The notes beneath the pieces are model-generated. The model had not been told where the DNA came from. It searched no databases and saw only the letters and a program-made list of their open reading frames with translations. A DNA stretch of 64,000 nucleotides from an uncultured virus (IMG/VR IMGVR_UViG_3300025691_000004) (taxonomy: Duplodnaviria > Heunggongvirae > Uroviricota > Caudoviricetes). Below, one piece after another: positions 28,662 through 38,617 of this stretch. Both the position numbers and the translations under genes were made by a program. The stretch's first letter is position 1. Every line of letters begins with the position of its first letter. The stretch lies in the IMG/VR virus record IMGVR_UViG_3300025691_000004. One strand, given 5' to 3'.

Positions 28662-28997
28662 ATGGTCGAACTCGATCCTAACAAGGACACTGGGCTTCAG
28701 CTGGCTCAACAGGCACTCAAGTCCGCCGAGCTACAGCTTCACGAGGCTAAGGATCAATTGGAGAAGGCGTTTAAGGCGCTCGATCTGGCTCAAGGCCGCG
28801 TGTACTACGAGACGTTCAAGCCAAAGCGGCACGAGGTCCTCAACCCGACCACGCAGCAGACGGCGGACCACCTCTACACGCTGTGCATGCAGCTGGGCTA
28901 CCGCTTCGCGGTGCTCAACGACACGGTGCACTTCGCTGGCCGGCCGGGCGAGCAGCTCGTCAACACCGGCAAGAAGCTCTCCGAGCTGCCTGCATGA
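28662..28997 (+). CDS. hypothetical coiled-coil protein
   Basis: GAGG RBS, ATG 28662. Confidence 0.6.
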   Translation: MVELDPNKDTGLQLAQQALKSAELQLHEAKDQLEKAFKALDLAQGRVYYETFKPKRHEVLNPTTQQTADHLYTLCMQLGYRFAVLNDTVHFAGRPGEQLVNTGKKLSELPA

Positions 28998-29218
28998 GCA
29001 ACGTCAACCCCGATGACTTCTTCCTCCTCGCGAGCTCTGAGGAGCGGGCAGTCATCGAGTGGCTCAAGTCCCGGAAGGTGCAGCGCCTCGTCAAGAAGGG
29101 TGCTGACTTCGCCATCGTCTTCAGCCGGAAGTCCGGCATCGGCGTGACTGTGACCGCCACCGTGAAGCTCGGAGACGAGATCCTCTCCGAGGATGTAACG
29201 AGCTACGAGAGCTGGTAA
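28994..29218 (+). CDS. hypothetical protein
   Basis: ATGA overlap; begins MSNVNPDDFF. Confidence 0.6.
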   Translation: MSNVNPDDFFLLASSEERAVIEWLKSRKVQRLVKKGADFAIVFSRKSGIGVTVTATVKLGDEILSEDVTSYESW

Positions 29219-29268
29219 CAGCCCGCTCATGTTACACACTTCCGCTCAGGATGTGATACAATAGCCAC

Positions 29269-30636
29269 ATGAAGAAACCTACCGCCCCTGCAGTCTCTGG
29301 TCCCGTGAACGCCCGCCGCATTCCCATGCGGTACTTCTTCGACACGGCGTTCAAGGAGTTCTCGCTGTACGACAACGTACGGTCGATCCCGAAGCTGACC
29401 GACGGCCTCAAGCCCGCGCACCGCAAGGCCATCTACGGCACGCTGACCCGCGGCGAGAACGCCGGCCTGATCCAGGTGGAGCGCCTCGCCTCAGTCGTCG
29501 CTGCCGCCACCGACTACCACCACGGCACCGGCTCCATGGCCTCGACGATCGTCGGCATGGCCAACAACTACCCCGGCTCCAACAACCTCAACCTCTTCGT
29601 GCCGGAAGGCCAGTTCGGTTCGCGCCTGACGGCGGAGTCCGCTGCCCATCGCTACATCGAGACGAAGCTCTCGCCCTGGTTCCGCGCCCTCTTCCCGAAG
29701 GCCGACGACGCCGTCCTCGAGTACAACGAGGTGGATGGCGACCGCATCGAGCCGAAGACCTACGCCCCGCTGCTGCCGCTGGTTCTCGTGAACGGCGCGC
29801 AGGGCACCGGCACCGGCCACGCGTGCCTGATCATGAGCTACAACCCTGACGAGGTCCGCGAGGCCTGCCTTCAGGTGCTCAACGGCAAGAAGCTCAAGGA
29901 CGGCGGTCTGACGCCGTGGTTCAACGGCTTCAGCGGCACCGTCGTGCGCAACTCCGAGACCGGCCAGGTCGTGATCACGGGCAAGCTCGAGGTGGTCAAC
30001 AGTACCACCATCAAGATCACCGAGCTGCCGATCGGCACCTACCTCGACCAGTACAAGGCCCGCCTCAACAAGCTCGAGGACGACGGCTTCATCAAGGACT
30101 ACGAGGACCGCTCTACCGAGGCCGGCTTCGACTTCACCATCACGGCACCGCGCTCGACGACGGCTCTCTCCGAGGAGGAGCTCTACAAGAAGTTCGGTCT
30201 GATCTCGCGCGACACTGAGAACTACACCGTGTGGAACATCGAGGGCGTTCTCCAGCGGTTCGAGTCCGCCGAGGACCTCATTCGCGCCTTCGTGCCGTGG
30301 CGGACGGCCATGATGGAGAAGCGCCGGCAGCACATCATCGCCGACCTCAAGGAGCAGGTTCGCTTCCAGTCCGAGGTGGTGCGCTTCATCAAGTTCTACC
30401 TGTCCAACGTCAACACGTTCAAGAACACCGGCAAGAAGGAGCTCGTAGAGCTGCTGCTCGCCAACAAGTTCGTGGACTACGAGCGCCTCCTCTCGATGGC
30501 CATCTGGTCGCTGACGAAGGACCGCATCGCTGAGCTGGAGAAGAAGCTGGCCGAGCTCAAGTCCGAGCTGGCCAAGGTCGAGGCCGACAACGCCGTCGAC
30601 ATGTACAAGCGCGAGCTCAAGGCGCTGGAGGTCTGA
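29269..30636 (+). CDS. DNA topoisomerase II medium (GyrA/ParC-like) subunit, gp52-like
   Basis: DGLKPAHRK, YHHG, GQFGSR, AAHRY active-site Tyr, LVNGAQG, ITELPIG. Confidence 0.95.
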   Translation: MKKPTAPAVSGPVNARRIPMRYFFDTAFKEFSLYDNVRSIPKLTDGLKPAHRKAIYGTLTRGENAGLIQVERLASVVAAATDYHHGTGSMASTIVGMANNYPGSNNLNLFVPEGQFGSRLTAESAAHRYIETKLSPWFRALFPKADDAVLEYNEVDGDRIEPKTYAPLLPLVLVNGAQGTGTGHACLIMSYNPDEVREACLQVLNGKKLKDGGLTPWFNGFSGTVVRNSETGQVVITGKLEVVNSTTIKITELPIGTYLDQYKARLNKLEDDGFIKDYEDRSTEAGFDFTITAPRSTTALSEEELYKKFGLISRDTENYTVWNIEGVLQRFESAEDLIRAFVPWRTAMMEKRRQHIIADLKEQVRFQSEVVRFIKFYLSNVNTFKNTGKKELVELLLANKFVDYERLLSMAIWSLTKDRIAELEKKLAELKSELAKVEADNAVDMYKRELKALEV

Positions 30637-30637
30637 A

Positions 30638-30937
30638 GTGGCAGAGGGGCCGATGACCTACCCGAAGCGGTGGTATTTCTACAACCGCCGGGTCTTCTTC
30701 ACGTATCGCTACAACTACGAAGTCTACGACAACTCGTACCTTGGTGGTCTGTGGCACTGCATGGAGCAGTGGGCCATCTCCTTCGGCTTCAAGGTCAAGA
30801 CGGGCAAGTGGTTCTGCAACGAGACGTGGTACTACGACGGCCACACCTACCGCGAGATCACCTTCGCTGGTCTGACGTTCGGCAAGATGTTCACCTACGA
30901 CGCGCGCCCGTACGACGGGCACCCAGTTCTGCCATGA
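30638..30937 (+). CDS. aromatic-rich hypothetical protein
   Basis: ORF in operon. Confidence 0.6.
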   Translation: MAEGPMTYPKRWYFYNRRVFFTYRYNYEVYDNSYLGGLWHCMEQWAISFGFKVKTGKWFCNETWYYDGHTYREITFAGLTFGKMFTYDARPYDGHPVLP

Positions 30938-30971
30938 GCGCGAAGTCCGCCCACTGGACGCCGTCCCTCGC

Positions 30972-31415
30972 ATGAGCCCGCTCTACACCTCCAAGGTTCT
31001 CGGCCTGACGCTGGCTCTGGACGCGCTGACGTCAGTCAGCAAGCCGCTCTTCCTCACCGGCAACTGGGAGGTTGAGGACACGGACGAACCGCAGGACAGG
31101 TTCCTTGGTGTGTGCTTCTTCTACACGCTCGCTGGCCAGCAGCACCGCTACCACCGCCTTCTGCGCTACGGCCCTACGCGTGCCGTAGGAGAAGCACCTG
31201 ATCCTCTGCTCAGCATCGGTGAAGAGGTCTACCGGCAGAAGGTCATCAACAGCGAGTTTCGCAGCACCGACGTGGTGTTCGTGATGCAGGGAGGTCGTCC
31301 TGCTGCGCTCGTAAACCTGCAGCGTGACATCGACCAACTCGTGGCTGCCTGGCAGGCATGGAAGGTGATACAATACAACCTGGAGACCAAGCAGGAGCCG
31401 GTCTCCAGCTCCTAA
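30972..31415 (+). CDS. hypothetical protein
   Basis: ORF in operon. Confidence 0.55.
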   Translation: MSPLYTSKVLGLTLALDALTSVSKPLFLTGNWEVEDTDEPQDRFLGVCFFYTLAGQQHRYHRLLRYGPTRAVGEAPDPLLSIGEEVYRQKVINSEFRSTDVVFVMQGGRPAALVNLQRDIDQLVAAWQAWKVIQYNLETKQEPVSSS

Positions 31416-31507
31416 CCACGGATGGTCCGTGGATCTAACCTCGTGAGAGGCTGACGCATTGTGCAGGCGACCGAAGGCTGCTAACCTAGAACCGCAGCAA
31501 CAGAAAG

Positions 31508-32008
31508 ATGAACATGCGCGTTCAACTCCTTGATACCACTCCCTTCTGGACCGGCGCACTGGCCGAGAAAACGCAGGGCCTCGCGGCCAAGCACATGTCC
31601 ACCGTCGTCACCGACGACAGCTTCCTGGACAAGCTGCTTCTCGAGACGCTCGAGGGTGTCGGCCCCACCAGGCTGGACGCGATGATCTGTCTCGGCGCCC
31701 TCGGCGACGTGTGGCTGCAGGACCCCGCCAAGCTGCTGAAGAAGTACGACCTCAAGAGCGTCGACGCTCAGGGCTGGATGCAGTTTACACCGAAGCCCGA
31801 GAACCAGGTCGAGTTCTTTGAGATCACCGACGCGCACGTTGCCGGCGGCGCCAACTTTCTCCAGGGAACCTGGGGCAAGGAGATCGACGGCATCAAGAAC
31901 CTGCAGGCCTTCAAGGTCGGTGACTTCGTGGCCCGCCAGACCTACGATCACTCGGACCAGTGGGTCGTGGCCCGCAAGATCTGGCTCAACAGCTACACGG
32001 CAAAGTGA
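31508..32008 (+). CDS. hypothetical protein (PGDYG-like C-terminus)
   Basis: VGDFVAR...DQWVVARKIWLNSY; strong codon bias. Confidence 0.65.
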   Translation: MNMRVQLLDTTPFWTGALAEKTQGLAAKHMSTVVTDDSFLDKLLLETLEGVGPTRLDAMICLGALGDVWLQDPAKLLKKYDLKSVDAQGWMQFTPKPENQVEFFEITDAHVAGGANFLQGTWGKEIDGIKNLQAFKVGDFVARQTYDHSDQWVVARKIWLNSYTAK

Positions 32009-32346
32009 TGAAAGATCGACGTTCAGCTCGCCCCTTCGGCTACCGCAGCACCGTCTACGGCGATGAGAGCACGCCTCTCATCAAGGTGCAGCTGCACGAG
32101 CTGGACGTCGATGAGCAGCTCGCCCTCGAGCTGGTTCCACGGTACGAGGACGAGCGCTCCACGCTGGAGCTGAAGAAGCACCGTGACGGGCTGAAGCCCT
32201 CAGAAATCGGTCGCCTAGCTGAGCTTGACGCGCTGATCAACGAGGTTCGGTCAAACTGCCGCCACCGCGTCTTCTATGATGAGGCCGGTTTTCTCTACGG
32301 CATGCGCTACTGCGCCTGCTGCGGCGACTACAGGGGGCTTGTGTGA
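32008..32346 (+). CDS. hypothetical protein with C-terminal Zn-ribbon-like motif
   Basis: CRH...CACCG. Confidence 0.6.
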   Translation: MKDRRSARPFGYRSTVYGDESTPLIKVQLHELDVDEQLALELVPRYEDERSTLELKKHRDGLKPSEIGRLAELDALINEVRSNCRHRVFYDEAGFLYGMRYCACCGDYRGLV

Positions 32347-32501
32347 TCCGCCGCCTGGCCCACTTCCTCGCGTACGCCTCCTACTGGCCTGAGAGCTGGA
32401 AGCCACGGGTCGAGCAGCTCCTGTACTTCTGCCTGTGGTTTGAAATCGTCGGAGCCGCCGCCATTCTCTTCATTCAACTCTTCTTCGCTAAAGCAGCATG
32501 A
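32343..32501 (+). CDS. small membrane protein
   Basis: Manual translation: 52 aa, one TM segment, coupled on both sides. Confidence 0.5.
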   Translation: MIRRLAHFLAYASYWPESWKPRVEQLLYFCLWFEIVGAAAILFIQLFFAKAA

Positions 32502-33373
32502 GCAAGCGTGACTACTACGAGGTTCTCGGTGTAGCCAAGAGCGCCACCGAGGAAGACATCAAGAAGGCCTACCGCAAGCTGGCCATGAAGTACCACCCTG
32601 ACCGCAACCAGGGCGAAGGCTCCAAGGAAGCTGAGGAGAAGTTCAAGGAGGTCAAGGAGGCGTACGAGCAGCTGTCTGACGCGCAGAAGCGAGCCGCCTA
32701 CGACCAGCACGGCCACAGCGGGCCGCAGTACGGCCACTCCGAGATGGACGACATCCTCGACCAGCTGCGCCGCGCTCGAGGTGGCATGGGTGGCTTCCGC
32801 CACTTCAAGATGACGCACGAGATGCAGGCGCCAGTCACGCTGAAGGAGGCGTACGAGGGCTTCGAGGTCGACATCGACGGCAAGAAGTTCAAGATCCAGC
32901 CTGGCACTCCGTTCGGCTACCGCACGCCGATCGACGTGGATGAGAACCTCACCGTTGTGGTGCAGACCATCATCAACGACCCGAACTTCAAGGTCACCGA
33001 CCCGCGCACCTGCGGCTTCTCACAGAAGCTGTACGACGGCATCAACTGCGCCGTGCTTGAGACCAGCCCAGTCGAGACCACGATCGACGTCGATGCGCTG
33101 GACCTGATGCTCGGCGCCTGGGTGAAGACAACGGACTTCCTCGGTGAAGAGCTTCTCGTGCGCATCCCAGCCGGCTTCCAGCCCGGCCAGCGCCTGAAGG
33201 TGAAGGGCAAGGGCTACGTCAACTGGATCCACCAGCTGAAGCGGCCTGAGCACTTCCGCGGCGACATGTTCGTACTCGTTCGACCGACCGTGAAGCCCGC
33301 CAAGGAGCTCGACCCTGAGAAGGTGAAGGCCCTCTACACCCTCGTCTGTGGACAACCGGAGACCAAAGCATGA
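32498..33373 (+). CDS. dnaJ: DnaJ/CbpA-like co-chaperone
   Basis: DYYEVLGV...YHPDRN J-domain; DnaJ C-terminal domain; no Zn finger. Confidence 0.9.
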   Translation: MSKRDYYEVLGVAKSATEEDIKKAYRKLAMKYHPDRNQGEGSKEAEEKFKEVKEAYEQLSDAQKRAAYDQHGHSGPQYGHSEMDDILDQLRRARGGMGGFRHFKMTHEMQAPVTLKEAYEGFEVDIDGKKFKIQPGTPFGYRTPIDVDENLTVVVQTIINDPNFKVTDPRTCGFSQKLYDGINCAVLETSPVETTIDVDALDLMLGAWVKTTDFLGEELLVRIPAGFQPGQRLKVKGKGYVNWIHQLKRPEHFRGDMFVLVRPTVKPAKELDPEKVKALYTLVCGQPETKA

Positions 33374-33585
33374 ACCTCATCCAAACTCTCGTCAACGCCG
33401 TCTTTGCTACGATCATGACGCTGGTCATGACGTACCTCGCCAAGGTCACCGCCGACACCGCCTTCATCATCGGCGTGGTGGTCTTCATCGGCCTGGAGAT
33501 CCGCGCTGACCTGCGCCGCGTCGAGCAGCGCCTGAAGGAAAACCACTTCTTCCTCGACACCGAGCGCGATGAAGAAGAGGCGTGA
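33370..33585 (+). CDS. small two-TM membrane protein
   Basis: Hydrophobic helices, charged tail. Confidence 0.6.
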   Translation: MNLIQTLVNAVFATIMTLVMTYLAKVTADTAFIIGVVVFIGLEIRADLRRVEQRLKENHFFLDTERDEEEA

Positions 33586-34139
33586 TGCTGAAGATAGAAA
33601 CCAAGCTGGTCAAGGTCATTTCAGGTGGCCAGTGCGGCGTTGACCAGGGCGCGCTTGCTGCCGCGAGAGAGGTGGGCCTCCTGACCGGTGGCACAGCGCC
33701 GAGGGGCTACCGCACCACGCACGGCCCCTGTCACCTGCTCCGCCACTTCGGGCTGGAGGAGCACGACAGCCCGGACTACCCACCGCGCACTGAGGAGAAC
33801 GTCAAGAACAGCGACGCGACCCTCATCATCGCCTGCGACCTCAGCTCTGCAGGTGAGGTGCTGACGATGAACCTGTGCCGTCGGCATGACAAGCCGTTTC
33901 ACGTCATCGAGGTGGTGCCGCAGGAAACTGAGCGCCAGTTCTACGCGTACCTCGACAGCCAGGTTGCCACGGCGGCTGAGGCCTTCTTCAGCGAAGTTCG
34001 TCCTCGCATCCTGAACGTGGCAGGCAACCGCGACCAAGGTGACAGCCCAGCTATGTACCTCGTGACGCAGTACGTCATCGTTCGGCTGGTTCAGGAGCTG
34101 AGCAACCTCGACCTGGTATTGCGCGACACTGACCTCTGA
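33582..34139 (+). CDS. SLOG-superfamily (putative molybdenum-carrier-like) protein
   Basis: ISGGQCGVDQGAL, GGTAPRG, RTEENVKNSDATLI, LNVAGNR. Confidence 0.8.
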   Translation: MMLKIETKLVKVISGGQCGVDQGALAAAREVGLLTGGTAPRGYRTTHGPCHLLRHFGLEEHDSPDYPPRTEENVKNSDATLIIACDLSSAGEVLTMNLCRRHDKPFHVIEVVPQETERQFYAYLDSQVATAAEAFFSEVRPRILNVAGNRDQGDSPAMYLVTQYVIVRLVQELSNLDLVLRDTDL

Positions 34140-34158
34140 AGCGGGTTACAATGAAGGC

Positions 34159-34695
34159 ATGACTACCCTCAAAGAGCGTTCCAAGTACCTGTCCTACCTG
34201 CTGCGCCACGCCCCTGAGAAGGCCGGCCTGACCCTCGACAAGGAGGGCTGGTGCTCAACCACGCAGCTGGTCCGCAACACCGACTTCACGCTGATGGAGC
34301 TGGATGAGATCGTCCGGCTTGACGAGAAGCAGCGCTACTCGTTCGACGATGAGCTGAAGTCCAACATCCGCGCCAACCAAGGCCACAGCACCGAGAAGGT
34401 CAAGATCACCTTCAAGCGCGCAGTTCCACCAACCGTGCTGTACCACGGCACCAGCGATGAAGCTGCAGCGAAGATCTGGGCCGAAGGACTGAAGCCGATG
34501 AGCCGACACCATGTCCACCTCTCAGCCGACCTGGAGACAGCCCAGGCAGTTGGTGGCCGGCGCAAGCGCGACCTTGCCATCTTCCACGTCGACGCGAAGT
34601 GGATGCTGGCAGATGGTCACCAGTTCTACATCTCTGACAACGGAGTGTGGCTTGTTGATGCCGTTCCGCCCAAGTACCTTAGGCTCGTCAAATGA
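34159..34695 (+). CDS. kptA: RNA 2'-phosphotransferase (Tpt1/KptA)
   Basis: SKYLSYLLRH, KQRY, IRANQGHS, LYHGT, RHHVHLS, NGVWL. Confidence 0.93.
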   Translation: MTTLKERSKYLSYLLRHAPEKAGLTLDKEGWCSTTQLVRNTDFTLMELDEIVRLDEKQRYSFDDELKSNIRANQGHSTEKVKITFKRAVPPTVLYHGTSDEAAAKIWAEGLKPMSRHHVHLSADLETAQAVGGRRKRDLAIFHVDAKWMLADGHQFYISDNGVWLVDAVPPKYLRLVK

Positions 34696-35657
34696 TCGAC
34701 CACAACCCTGACCATCTCGAGTTCCACATGAACGCTGAGTACGACTACCTCGACCTGCTGCGCTACATCCTCGAGAAGGGTGAGGACCGCGGCGACCGCA
34801 CGGGTACCGGCACCCGCGCTACCTTCGCGCACACGCTGAACATCGACCTCAGCAAGAAGTTTCCGCTCCTGACCACGAAGTCGGTGCCGTTCAAGTCGGT
34901 ACTGAGCGAGCTGCTGTGGTTCATTGAGGGCAGCGGCGACGAGCGCCGCCTCGCCGAGATCCTGCACGGTACCCGCGACCCTTCCAAGAAGACCATCTGG
35001 TCACCGAATGCCGAGGGCACGAGCGGTTCCAAGTTCAAGCCCGCCTACCCAGGAGACCTGGGCCGGGTGTACGGCGTACAGTGGCGCAAGTGGCAGCACG
35101 TCAAGCTGAAGGACGCGGCGGACCACCTCAGCCACCCCGATGGTGGCATCACGTACTTCGACGCTCGAGTGCTCGTGGAGGAGGTCGACCAGCTCAAGGA
35201 CGTCATCAACAAGCTGAAGACCAATCCCACCGACCGACGCATCATCATGACTGCCTGGAACCCAGGCGAGCTCAGCGAGATGGCCCTCCCGCCGTGCCAC
35301 ATGTTCGTGCAGTTCTACCTGTCGAACGACCGCAAGCTGAGCGCGCAGATGTACCAGCGCAGCGTCGACACCTTCCTCGGTCTGCCCTTCAACATCGCCT
35401 CGTACGCCCTGCTGGTGCACATGATCGCGAACGTGATCGACGCGGTTCCTGGCACGCTGACGCTGAACCTCGGCGACACGCACATCTACAGCGACCATCT
35501 TGACCAGGTGCGCGAGCAGCTCACCCGCGCACCTCGTGGGCTGCCGACGCTGAAGATCAAGCGTAAGGTCGACAGCATCGATGACTTCACGATGGACGAC
35601 TTTGAGCTGATCGGCTACGATCCGCACCCGCCGATCAAGGCGCGGATGGCCGCATAA
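34692..35657 (+). CDS. thyA: thymidylate synthase
   Basis: DRTGTGT, ELLWF, YGVQWR, MALPPCH, YQRSVDTFLGLPFNIASY, DTHIY. Confidence 0.95.
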   Translation: MIDHNPDHLEFHMNAEYDYLDLLRYILEKGEDRGDRTGTGTRATFAHTLNIDLSKKFPLLTTKSVPFKSVLSELLWFIEGSGDERRLAEILHGTRDPSKKTIWSPNAEGTSGSKFKPAYPGDLGRVYGVQWRKWQHVKLKDAADHLSHPDGGITYFDARVLVEEVDQLKDVINKLKTNPTDRRIIMTAWNPGELSEMALPPCHMFVQFYLSNDRKLSAQMYQRSVDTFLGLPFNIASYALLVHMIANVIDAVPGTLTLNLGDTHIYSDHLDQVREQLTRAPRGLPTLKIKRKVDSIDDFTMDDFELIGYDPHPPIKARMAA

Positions 35658-35666
35658 AGGACGGAA

Positions 35667-35987
35667 ATGGGACACTACGCCTCTGAGATGCAGTGCGATC
35701 ATTGCGGTCGCCTGCGCTGCACCTGCCCACTACCACCTGACAAGACCGCAAACTACTGGCTCGTGGCAGAGGACTACAGGGTCATGCGCGCCAAGGACTA
35801 CGCTGACAGCAAAGGACACGGCGGACTTGCCTACTTGGCACGCATGATGAAGAAGCATCACAAGAAGCGCGAAGACGCTGAAGCTGAAGCGCGTCTCCGC
35901 TGCGAGGCTGCAGTCGAAGCTGCGCGCGAGCAGCTCACCCGCCTGAAGAAGGTGCTCAAGGTCGAGCGTCCTTGGGAGAAGAAGTGA
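35667..35987 (+). CDS. hypothetical protein (Cys-rich N-terminus)
   Basis: CDHCGRLRCTC. Confidence 0.6.
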   Translation: MGHYASEMQCDHCGRLRCTCPLPPDKTANYWLVAEDYRVMRAKDYADSKGHGGLAYLARMMKKHHKKREDAEAEARLRCEAAVEAAREQLTRLKKVLKVERPWEKK

Positions 35988-36478
35988 AGTCATTCTACCG
36001 CTACCTCCGCCCGGTTCGCTTCGACACGTCGCGGCTGGAGTTCAACACGCTTCCCAACGGTGGCGTCTGCCTGCGCTTCGATGAGAACGAATGGGCGGGT
36101 CTGACGTTCTCCGCAGCCCGCTGCCATGAGGACGACCACTTCAACAAGGGCGTGGCACGCAAGATCGCTGACAGCCGGATGGCTGTCATCAAGAACGATC
36201 CCCGTCTGCTTGAGGCCGCCAGCATTCCGTACGTCACCGAGGACACCAACGACCTGGCTGCCCTCGTGATCGACCGCTGCGAGCAGTGGCAGCCGTCGCC
36301 GGAAACCCACACTCTCGTCTCCCACTACCTGTCCATCGAGTGGAAGGGGCTGGCGCAGCAGCTCTTCAAGCTGCTTCTGCAGAACTCCCAGGAGCGGGAG
36401 AAGGGCGCCGCCTTCATCACCGCAGCCCACGCGCTTGAGCTGGCAGCTGCCTATCAGGAGAGAATGCGTGGAGCATAA
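35984..36478 (+). CDS. hypothetical protein
   Basis: GTGA overlap; ARCHEDDHFNKGVARKIA motif. Confidence 0.6.
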   Translation: MKSFYRYLRPVRFDTSRLEFNTLPNGGVCLRFDENEWAGLTFSAARCHEDDHFNKGVARKIADSRMAVIKNDPRLLEAASIPYVTEDTNDLAALVIDRCEQWQPSPETHTLVSHYLSIEWKGLAQQLFKLLLQNSQEREKGAAFITAAHALELAAAYQERMRGA

Positions 36479-36938
36479 GGTCGGTGATCTGCTGTCCGTG
36501 GAGCAGGGCATCATCCTGCACCAGGTGAACTGCCAGGGCAAGATGAACTCAGGAGTGGCCAAGGCCATTCGTGAGAAGTGGCCGGTCGTGTTTGAGGAGT
36601 ACCTCGATCACTGCCATTCAGGTGTTGTCGCCGAGGACGTGCTTGGCACTGCCCAGGTGATCAAGGTAGGCACCGACCTCTGGGTCGCGAACCTCTTCGG
36701 TCAGCTGAACTACGGATACGACGGTCGCCGCTACACCTCCTACGACGCGCTTGACAGCGGGCTGGCAGCTGTGGCGGCATGGATGTTCGAGAACAACTTC
36801 ACCAGTGCAGATGCGCACCACCCGCTGCTCGGCAGTGACCGGGGTGGAGCCTGCTGGGGAGTGGTGGCTGCGCTGATCAAGCACCGCATCGGCGATCGAA
36901 CCACGCTGTGGACGCTTCCCTTCCAGGAGAGGGTCTAA
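36468..36938 (+). CDS. macrodomain (ADP-ribose processing) protein
   Basis: GDLL, HQVNCQGKMNSGVAKAIREKWP, ANLFGQ, PLLGSDRGGACW. Confidence 0.85.
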   Translation: MEHKVGDLLSVEQGIILHQVNCQGKMNSGVAKAIREKWPVVFEEYLDHCHSGVVAEDVLGTAQVIKVGTDLWVANLFGQLNYGYDGRRYTSYDALDSGLAAVAAWMFENNFTSADAHHPLLGSDRGGACWGVVAALIKHRIGDRTTLWTLPFQERV

Positions 36939-36965
36939 ATAGCCGGTCACCCAACCGGTACCGCA

Positions 36966-38591
36966 ATGCAGCTCATCTCTCAGCTTCAGGAAGCCTCCGA
37001 CCTGCCCCTTGAGCAGGTCGTTCCGGCCATGAAGAAGGACAAGCGGGTCAACCAGATCTTCAAGAAGCTGGAACCCGACGACGTGGACGACTGGAAGACC
37101 CTGATCGCCACGCTCAAGTACTACTTCTTCAACAACCAGAACGTTGTCAGGTACCTTGACACCGACAAGGAGCACAGCGAGTACCTGTCGCGTCGGTCGT
37201 TCCGCTACCTTCGCGGACGCATCCACAAGAACGAGGTGCTTGACCGCTACGACCTTGAGCTGATCCGCAACATGGTCAACGCCCTTCCCAAGGAACTGGA
37301 GAAGGACGTCAAGCCGCAGGCCCGTTCAGGCATCAGCAACGCGCTGGATCAGTGGCTCGGTGGCAGCCGGCCGCACATGACCGCCCATGCCGCTGTGCTG
37401 TTTGCCTCCTTCCCAAGCGTTCGTCCCAAGAAGCCGGTAGTCGTCTACCGTGGTGTCATGTTCAACGAGAAGGACCTCAGCGAGGAGCCCGACTACAACG
37501 GCACCATGACAGTCGGTAGCGGTGTCAAGTTCCTGCGCTCGATGCGCGAGGGCAAGCGGATTGCCGACCTGGAATGGGATGAGTACACCAGCTGGACTAC
37601 GGACCCTAAGCGCGCCAGAAACCAGGCGATGGGCAACGAGTACAGCTATGTTGACAGCGAGAAAATGAGCTACCGCGGCCGCCTTGGCTTCGTCATCACG
37701 ATGCTGGCTGATCCAAAGGACATCGTCGTTGACAGTCGCCTCGTACCAGCAGAGTACAAGTACGTGCCAGCCGACACCATCGTCGTCAAGCCAGGTAAGT
37801 ACACGTGCCGCGTGATCCGCCGCTTCAGCCCCACAGGTGAAGAGGACGTGCTGCACCGCAACAGCGAGCTGGAGGGGGAGCTGGAGAACATGGAGGAGAT
37901 GCTGACGCTCCTCAACCGCATCATCAAGCTGCCGTACCCGTACCCTGAGGTTGCAGGCGACGGCATCAGCGGCCGTACCGATGTCAAGCTCTACGCGCAG
38001 CTCATCAAGCCGGAGGCTGCTGAGAAGATCGACAAGGTCATCGATCAGGTGCACGCCGTCTTCAATGAGCACCTGCAGCACATCGACCGCGCTGAGCTTG
38101 AGAAGGCTGCAGGCGGACGGTTCGGAAAGATTGCTACAGCCATCAAGGGGCTGCAGAAGCAGTTCACTGACTTTGTGACCACGAAAAGAGGCGTGAGCCG
38201 CTACGACAGGGGCGAGAGCGCGCCGCGTCATACGGTTCCAGCTTCCACCGCCCGCCTTTCAAGCGGCTACAGTCACTCGCGCTCCATTCGCAGCATCGGG
38301 GCAGCAACCGCCCGCTACCGGGACTGGAGCACCGGCTCTGGTCTCATTGCGCTATCGCACCTTCTCGGGGTTCCAATTCTGAAGGACAGCCACCAGCGCG
38401 GTCACAAGGACCAGCAGAAGTGGCTGAGCGACATCATTGCCGCCTACTCGAAGCAGGTGCGCCCAATTCCATCTGACAACAAGGCCGGAGCTGCCGCAAT
38501 AGCCGCCGACACCGACATCTTCATGCAGAACGTCAAGCAGCTGGGCTATCTGAAGGATGCCAAGGAGCTGCTGGCGCAGCTGGAAGGCTAA
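36966..38591 (+). CDS. late protein with an ADP-ribosyltransferase-like domain
   Basis: VYRG and YTSWTTD motifs of R-S-E ARTs; late promoter at 36936; LQE leader. Confidence 0.5.
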   Translation: MQLISQLQEASDLPLEQVVPAMKKDKRVNQIFKKLEPDDVDDWKTLIATLKYYFFNNQNVVRYLDTDKEHSEYLSRRSFRYLRGRIHKNEVLDRYDLELIRNMVNALPKELEKDVKPQARSGISNALDQWLGGSRPHMTAHAAVLFASFPSVRPKKPVVVYRGVMFNEKDLSEEPDYNGTMTVGSGVKFLRSMREGKRIADLEWDEYTSWTTDPKRARNQAMGNEYSYVDSEKMSYRGRLGFVITMLADPKDIVVDSRLVPAEYKYVPADTIVVKPGKYTCRVIRRFSPTGEEDVLHRNSELEGELENMEEMLTLLNRIIKLPYPYPEVAGDGISGRTDVKLYAQLIKPEAAEKIDKVIDQVHAVFNEHLQHIDRAELEKAAGGRFGKIATAIKGLQKQFTDFVTTKRGVSRYDRGESAPRHTVPASTARLSSGYSHSRSIRSIGAATARYRDWSTGSGLIALSHLLGVPILKDSHQRGHKDQQKWLSDIIAAYSKQVRPIPSDNKAGAAAIAADTDIFMQNVKQLGYLKDAKELLAQLEG

Positions 38592-38617
38592 ATAGCCAAG
38601 CATTTTTCCTGCCGATC

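Noticed and set aside
26621..28690. 689-aa antisense ORF, and similar ones at 41704-43035, 51478-52986, 60335-62146 and 21536-22528
   Set aside because: Shadow ORFs produced by strong codon bias opposite clear genes; no motifs
31440..31500. Hammerhead ribozyme
   Set aside because: CTGA is not followed by NGA and no correctly placed GAAA core is present
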